A stretch of 64,000 nt of DNA from NCBI GenBank assembly GCA_023665365.1, contig JAMPEA010000001.1:83914-147913 (forward strand). The letters run 5' to 3'. A program made the translations under genes and the position numbers. Shown here piece by piece: positions 58,882 through 64,000 of this stretch. This DNA is from Bacillota bacterium (lineage in GTDB: Bacteria > Bacillota > Clostridia > Christensenellales > CAG-917). The notes below the pieces were generated by a model. That model had not been told where the DNA came from and did no database searches. It saw nothing but the letters and a program-made list of their open reading frames with translations. How positions within the stretch are numbered: the stretch's first letter is position 1; every line of letters begins with the position of its first letter.

Positions 58882-59904
58882 TTATTGCTCCGATGCAATG
58901 ACGGACGCGTCTATGCCCGCCTTGATTTTTTCGCAGATATTCTTTTCGGCAAGACCTTTCGCTTGCAGAATACTTGCGCCGATTGCTCCCCTCTCGGAAG
59001 CTCCGTGCGCCTTGACGACAACCTTGTTTACTCCAAGGAAGCATGCGCCTCCCCTCGCGTTGAAGTCGAGCGTGGCTTTGACCTCTTTAAACACGGGTTT
59101 GAGCATAGCTCCGCCGAGTTTGGATTTGAGTCCGCCGTCGTATACGCCTTTCTTTATTAGTTTAAGCAAAAGATTTGCCGTGCCCTCGGCGGTTTTAAGC
59201 GCGATATTTCCATCGAAGCCGTCGGCAACCACTACGTCGAAATTTCCGCTAAGCATATCGCGCGCTTCACAGTTGCCTGCAAAATTTATATCCTTGTTTT
59301 CGCTAAGCAATTCGTAAGCCTGCTTTGTGAGCTCATTGCCCTTATGCGCCTCTACTCCGTTATTGAGAAGCCCAACTCGCGGATTTTCCACCCCGAGCAT
59401 AGCTTGCGCATAGGACGACGCCATGATTGCAAAATGCAGTAAGTTGAGCGGCTTAGAATCCACGTTAGCGCCGCAATCGCAAAGCACCATGCCCTTTCCG
59501 TCAAGCGTCGGAAGTACGGGTGCAAGCGCGGGACGGGATACCCCCTTAATTCTTCCGACTTTCATAAATGCGCCGACAAGCACCGCGCCCGTTGACCCTG
59601 CCGACACAAACGCTTTACAATTTTCGTCGGACATAAGCCTCTCATATGCCACTACGAGCGAGCTGTCTTTTTTGAGTTTGATTGCCATCGTCGGGCTTTC
59701 GTCGTTTGAAATCACGTCGCTTGCGTCAACGATTTCTATACGGGACTTATCGTACTTACATTCGGCAAGCGTAGCGTTGATTTCGTCCTTTTTGCCTACG
59801 AGTACGACTTCCACGTTCTTATCCTTATTTATTGCGTCAATCGCGCCGAGCACGCACGCTTGGGGCGCATAGTCGCCGCCCATAGCGTCTAAAATGATTT
59901 TCAT
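58882..59904 (-). CDS. plsX: Phosphate acyltransferase PlsX
   Basis: MKIILDAMGGDYAP.... I prefer ATG 59904 over the track start at 59922. Confidence 0.93.
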   Translation of the reverse strand: MKIILDAMGGDYAPQACVLGAIDAINKDKNVEVVLVGKKDEINATLAECKYDKSRIEIVDASDVISNDESPTMAIKLKKDSSLVVAYERLMSDENCKAFVSAGSTGAVLVGAFMKVGRIKGVSRPALAPVLPTLDGKGMVLCDCGANVDSKPLNLLHFAIMASSYAQAMLGVENPRVGLLNNGVEAHKGNELTKQAYELLSENKDINFAGNCEARDMLSGNFDVVVADGFDGNIALKTAEGTANLLLKLIKKGVYDGGLKSKLGGAMLKPVFKEVKATLDFNARGGACFLGVNKVVVKAHGASERGAIGASILQAKGLAEKNICEKIKAGIDASVIASEQ

Positions 59905-59971
59905 ACACACTCCTTGACCCATAAAGTTTTGGGAAACCTCGATTTTATTACGAGTCTGCTATCGCGTTATA

Positions 59972-59999
59972 TAAAAAAAGAGTGTCAAAAACACTCTTT
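59972..59999 (-). terminator. Intrinsic terminator after rpmF
   Basis: Minus strand reads AAGAGUGU-UUUUG-ACACUCUU followed by UUUUUUAUAU. Confidence 0.7.
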
Positions 60000-60009
60000 T
60001 TATTTGCTT

Positions 60010-60195
60010 TTAGTTTTCAGACTTTTTGCTGATAACTTGCTCGCCCTTGTAGTATCCGCACTTGGGGCAAGCCTGATGGCTTTTTTTAAGCTCGTGGCAC
60101 TGAGGACATTCCACAAGTCCGGGTGTAGTGAGCTTCCAGTTTGCGTAACGGGAATTTGTTTTTGATTTGGAAATTTTATTTTTCGGTACTGCCAT
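60010..60195 (-). CDS. rpmF: 50S ribosomal protein L32
   Basis: MAVPKNKISKSKTNSRYANWKL...CPQCHELKKSHQACPKCGYY. Confidence 0.95.
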   Translation of the reverse strand: MAVPKNKISKSKTNSRYANWKLTTPGLVECPQCHELKKSHQACPKCGYYKGEQVISKKSEN

Positions 60196-60247
60196 TTATC
60201 TTTCCTCCGAACATATGACTTACTTTGCGCTTTCAAACAGCCTATTT

Positions 60248-60276
60248 AGTATATAAAATAAACGTGGCATTGTCAA
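60248..60276 (-). promoter_or_regulatory. Promoter of rpmF-plsX (TTGACA-17-TATACT)
   Basis: -35 at 60276..60271 and -10 at 60253..60248. Confidence 0.55.
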
Positions 60277-60348
60277 ACGCTTTTTTAAAGTTGCGGATTT
60301 TTGCCGAATATTTTAGCTATTTCCGCCTCTATTTGATTTGAAACCCGC

Positions 60349-61545
60349 TTAGGATAGTGCGATTGCCTTGGTTTCGCGGGCAATCGACAGCTCCTCATTG
60401 GTGGGCAACACGAGCACCTTGACCTTGCTTGCGGGCTTGGACAGCTCCTGCACGCCGTCGCCGAGCTTGCTCTCGTTCTTCTCGAAGTCGAAATCGACGC
60501 CGAGATATTCCATATCGCTCATGACGAGCTTGCGCATATATCCGCTATGCTCGCCGATTCCGCCCGTAAAGACGATTGCATCCACGCCGTTGAGCACCGC
60601 CGCGTACGAACCGATGTACTTCTTTATGCGATAAGCCGCCACGTCAACCGCGAGCTTTGCCTTTTCGTCGCCGTCCTTGATTGCGGCTTCGAGGTAGCGC
60701 ATATCCGAATCGTATTCGCTTACGCCTTTCATGCCGCACTTTTTGTTGAGGTAATCCACCATTTCTTCCGAGCTGAGCCCGAGCTTCTTTCTCATAAACT
60801 CGACTGCGGCAGGGTCTATATCGCCGCTGCGCGTGCCCATGACAAGCCCTTCAAGAGGCGTAAAGCCCATGGACGTATCCATACATTTGCCGTCCTTGAC
60901 CGCCGAAATCGACGAGCCGTTTCCGAGATGGCAAACAATTATGCGGCTATGCTCCTTGCCGAGCAATTTGACCGTCTCCTCGCTTACGAACTTATGCGAA
61001 GTGCCGTGGAAGCCGTACTTCCTCACCTTATGCTCGCTATAAACGGAGTACGGAATTCCGTACAAATACGCCTTTGCGGGCATCGTGCTATGGAACGTAG
61101 TATCGAACACCGCCACCATAGGGACGTTAGGCATAACCTGCGCACAGCTCTTTATGCACGCGATATTGCCGGGCATATGCAGAGGCCCAAGTTCCACGTT
61201 CTTTTCGCATATGCGGACGACCTCGTCGTCGATGAGCACCGACGAGTGGAAATCCTCCGCGCTATGAAGCACGCGATGACCTACGGCGGAAATTTCGGAA
61301 ATCGAGGAGATTGCGCCGTACTCCTTGTCAACCATAGCTTTTAAAACGAGCTCGATTGCCTCGGTGTGGTTTTTCATATTCTGCTCGATTTTAAGCTCTT
61401 TCTTTTGGGCGTTCTTTTGAGTGAGCGTGCCGCCGTCGAGACCGATACGCTCGCAAACGCCCTTCAAAAGCGCCTCCTCAGTCTGCATATCTATAAGCTG
61501 ATATTTGAGTGATGAACTGCCTGCATTGATTACGAGTATTTTCAT
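60349..61545 (-). CDS. ackA: Acetate kinase
   Basis: 398 aa. MKILVINAGSSSLKYQL, HRVLH, FHGTSH, FTGGIGE. Confidence 0.96.
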   Translation of the reverse strand: MKILVINAGSSSLKYQLIDMQTEEALLKGVCERIGLDGGTLTQKNAQKKELKIEQNMKNHTEAIELVLKAMVDKEYGAISSISEISAVGHRVLHSAEDFHSSVLIDDEVVRICEKNVELGPLHMPGNIACIKSCAQVMPNVPMVAVFDTTFHSTMPAKAYLYGIPYSVYSEHKVRKYGFHGTSHKFVSEETVKLLGKEHSRIIVCHLGNGSSISAVKDGKCMDTSMGFTPLEGLVMGTRSGDIDPAAVEFMRKKLGLSSEEMVDYLNKKCGMKGVSEYDSDMRYLEAAIKDGDEKAKLAVDVAAYRIKKYIGSYAAVLNGVDAIVFTGGIGEHSGYMRKLVMSDMEYLGVDFDFEKNESKLGDGVQELSKPASKVKVLVLPTNEELSIARETKAIALS

Positions 61546-61562
61546 AAATTCACCTATTTAGA

Positions 61563-62564
61563 TTACTCCTTAACGGATTGTAGTGCCGTGATAGCCGCAA
61601 CCGCCGCGATGTCCTCTGCGACGCAACCGCGGCTGAGGTCGTTGACGGGAAGCGCCAAGCCTTGCATAATAGGACCTATCGCCATACAGTTGCCGAACCT
61701 CTGCGCGAGTTTGTAACCGATATTGCCCGCATCAAGGTTGGGGAAAACGAGCACGTTTGCCTGACCTGCGACAGGACTGTCCCCCGCCTTTTGCTTTGCG
61801 ACGCTATCGACAATCGACGCGTCGAGTTGGAGCTCGCCGTCTACGAGCATATCGGGATACTCCGCCTTGACCATATTATACGCGGACTGGACTTTGTCGA
61901 TAGACTCGTGCTTCGCACTGCCTTTCGTGGAGAAAGAAAGCATTGCGACCTTCGGCTCTACGTGGCAGATTTTCTTTGCGCTGTCCGCCGCCGCGACGAC
62001 TATATCCTTTAACTGCGCGTCCGTCGGATAAGGGATAACCGCGCAATCGGAGAATATGTACGCGGGATACTTTTTATACTTGAAGTCCTCGGGAGGAACC
62101 ATGACGAAACAGCTTGAAACCGAGCTTATGCCGGGCGCCGCCTTGATAACTTGAAACGCCGCGCGGGATACGTCCGCCGAGCTGAACACCGCGCCTCCGA
62201 CTACGCCGTCCACGTCGCCGCGCTTTAACGCCACGCACGCGAAGAACATATTGTTATTCGTGACGATGCTAAGCGCTTGCTCGCGCGTCATTCCCTTAGC
62301 CTTGCGAAGCTCGTAAAGAGTGTCGGCGTATTCCTCCAAATGCTTTGAAGTCTTTGGGTCGTCGAATTTCACGCCGTCGAGATTCACGTCGGGAAATTGC
62401 TTTTTAATCTCCTGCTCGTTTCCGATAAGCACGACCTTACAAACGCCGTTTTGGGTCAGTATCTCAGCCGCCTTTGCGGCGCGCACGTCAAATCCCTCGG
62501 CAAGGGCGATGGTTTTATCGAGTTTTTTGGCTCGTTCCATCAGTTCTTCAACAAATTGTACCAT
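61563..62564 (-). CDS. pta: Phosphate acetyltransferase
   Basis: MVQFVEELMERAKKLDKTIALAEG..., GGAVFSSADV, GPIMQGL. ATG 62564 has GGGAG 6 nt upstream. Confidence 0.93.
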   Translation of the reverse strand: MVQFVEELMERAKKLDKTIALAEGFDVRAAKAAEILTQNGVCKVVLIGNEQEIKKQFPDVNLDGVKFDDPKTSKHLEEYADTLYELRKAKGMTREQALSIVTNNNMFFACVALKRGDVDGVVGGAVFSSADVSRAAFQVIKAAPGISSVSSCFVMVPPEDFKYKKYPAYIFSDCAVIPYPTDAQLKDIVVAAADSAKKICHVEPKVAMLSFSTKGSAKHESIDKVQSAYNMVKAEYPDMLVDGELQLDASIVDSVAKQKAGDSPVAGQANVLVFPNLDAGNIGYKLAQRFGNCMAIGPIMQGLALPVNDLSRGCVAEDIAAVAAITALQSVKE

Positions 62565-62672
62565 ATTCATCTCCCATATTGAGCAAGCGCGTGAAAGCGA
62601 TTGCATTTTATTTAAAAATATATATAATTATAATTAACTTAATAATAAAAATCAACAAAATGAGGACGTATT

Positions 62673-63767
62673 TTGAAAATTACGGCAGTTATAGCTGAAT
62701 ACAATCCCTTTCACAACGGGCATCTGAAACAGTTGCGCCTCGCAAAGCGCGAGACGGAAGCGGATATTTTGGTCGTGCTTATGAGCGGCTCGTTCACTCA
62801 ACGCGGCGACCTGTGCGTCGCCGACCGCTTTACCCGCGCGAACTGGGCGATACAGGCGGGCGCGGACGCCGTTTTGGAACTGCCCGCCGTTTACACGCTA
62901 TCCCCCGCGCAAGGCTTTGCCGAGGGCGCGCTTAAAACGCTTAGTATGCTCGGCGAATACACCCTGTCGTTCGGCACTGAAAGCGACGAGCTTCAAAGCC
63001 TCGCTATGGCGGCTGAGTTTATGAGGAGCGAGACAAACGATATGTCGGGACTTTTAAAAGGCTATCTCGGACAGGGATATTCCGTTGCCAAATCGCGCAC
63101 GCTCGCGCTGAACGGCATACGCCCCGACATTGCGAATATGCTCGAATCCCCAAACAATATTCTTGCCGTCGAATATATCAAAGCCTCAAAGTTATATGGC
63201 GACCGCGTAAAGCTACACTCGGTTGAAAGAAAGCCCGACGACGGCAAAAAGTATCTTTCGTCCACAAAAATACGCGAGCTTTTAAAATCTGGTTCGGACA
63301 TTGCGCCTTTCGTACCGCAGTTCGTAAAAATAGAAAATTGCGCTTCCGTTGAAAAATACGGCACGATTTCCACGTATGCAATGAAAGCGATGACCGCAAA
63401 ACAGCTCAGCACGATTTACAACGTCGGCGAAGGGCTTGAAAACCGCATAACTCAGGCGGATTTCAACGATATGCGCGGGTTTTTGGAGCTTACGAGCAAA
63501 AGATATACGCGCTCCACAATCAAACGTATAGCCGCTTGCGCCACCCTCGGTCTCGACAAAAGTCTCGCCGCACTCGCAAAAGCGTCGAAGCCCTATTGCA
63601 CTCTGCTTGCAATCAAGCCGTCCAAAAAGAAAATACTGCTTCCTCTGCTCGCAGATAGCGGCGGATATTTCTTCTTTAAACACTCCGACTGCGAAAAGGA
63701 CAATCCTGTCCGCCCTCTTATCGACCTCGACGAAAAGGCAAGCCGAATTCAAAAAATCTGTTTGTAA
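62673..63767 (+). CDS. tmcAL: tRNA(Met) cytidine acetate ligase TmcAL (YlbM/UPF0348 nucleotidyltransferase)
   Basis: 364 aa with a TTG start. AVIAEYNPFHNGHLKQL, SGSFTQRGD. Confidence 0.88.
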   Translation: MKITAVIAEYNPFHNGHLKQLRLAKRETEADILVVLMSGSFTQRGDLCVADRFTRANWAIQAGADAVLELPAVYTLSPAQGFAEGALKTLSMLGEYTLSFGTESDELQSLAMAAEFMRSETNDMSGLLKGYLGQGYSVAKSRTLALNGIRPDIANMLESPNNILAVEYIKASKLYGDRVKLHSVERKPDDGKKYLSSTKIRELLKSGSDIAPFVPQFVKIENCASVEKYGTISTYAMKAMTAKQLSTIYNVGEGLENRITQADFNDMRGFLELTSKRYTRSTIKRIAACATLGLDKSLAALAKASKPYCTLLAIKPSKKKILLPLLADSGGYFFFKHSDCEKDNPVRPLIDLDEKASRIQKICL

Positions 63768-63869
63768 ATACTCGCTTTAAGCAGATTTTGATTTTTATTA
63801 CACCGCTGAAATACAGGCTATCGCGCCCTCTTTTCTCATAATATCAAAACGACAGACATATTTTCTATT

Positions 63870-64000
63870 ATGGAAGTCGTCACAAGCGCGCATACGAATA
63901 AGGCGGATGAACGCAGGTCTTTACCCTTCGGCAAAATCATCGCTTGCGTAGCGATAATTGCGTTTATGGTGATGATGCTCGTAAAGCCCGACTACTATCT
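63870..64000 (+). CDS. 5' part of a membrane protein gene (possibly YlbJ-like), truncated by the window edge
   Basis: My own translation gives MEVVTSAHTNKADERRSLPFGKIIACVAIIAFMVMMLVKPDYY.... No clear SD is present. The call rests only on the open frame, the hydrophobic helix and the ylbM neighbourhood. Confidence 0.3.
   Translation, partial: MEVVTSAHTNKADERRSLPFGKIIACVAIIAFMVMMLVKPDYY

Overview
This 64 kb window looks like chromosomal DNA from a Clostridia-like, spore-forming Firmicute. The evidence is a type A RNase P RNA, a SpoVM-like micro-ORF, and Bacillus/Clostridium-type ylo/ylq synteny. Almost all genes are on the minus strand and are housekeeping: pheS (partial), rnpB, recN-argR-nadK-tlyA, recG, yloV/asp23, rpmB, rpe-rsgA-rlmN-rsmB-fmt-def-priA-coaBC-rpoZ-gmk-yicC, ligA-pcrA, rho, hemW-lepA, rplS-yraN-rnhB-rbgA-trmD-rimM-KH-rpsP-ffh-ylxM, ftsY-smc-rnc-plsX-rpmF, ackA-pta and tmcAL. 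An accessory stretch at about 28.0-37.3 kb carries an AT-hook/H1-like low-complexity protein and a DUF1508 protein. It also carries an amidase, a DUF885 lipoprotein, several small membrane proteins, GrpB and TfoX-N. It ends in a roughly 1.1 kb low-GC cassette next to tRNA-Ser. Signals worth a second look: (1) the low-GC cassette at the tRNA-Ser 3' end, which encodes a 2-TM protein and a HEPN-like (RNYLAH) protein behind a long structured leader with its own terminator. (2) A roughly 650 nt ORF-free structured RNA with a consensus promoter, in OLE-like synteny (RNA, 4-TM protein, tlyA-nadK-argR-recN). (3) Tandem repeat arrays of 110, 134 and 43 bp flanking three stable-RNA genes (rnpB, the large ncRNA, tRNA-Ser). 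The rnpB and tRNA arrays rebuild the terminal helix of the adjacent RNA as a mini-hairpin. (4) Three accessory genes with TATAAT-N6-ATG (leaderless) architecture. No rRNA, CRISPR array, transposase or integrase was seen. All protein calls come from motif recognition by eye; no database search was possible.
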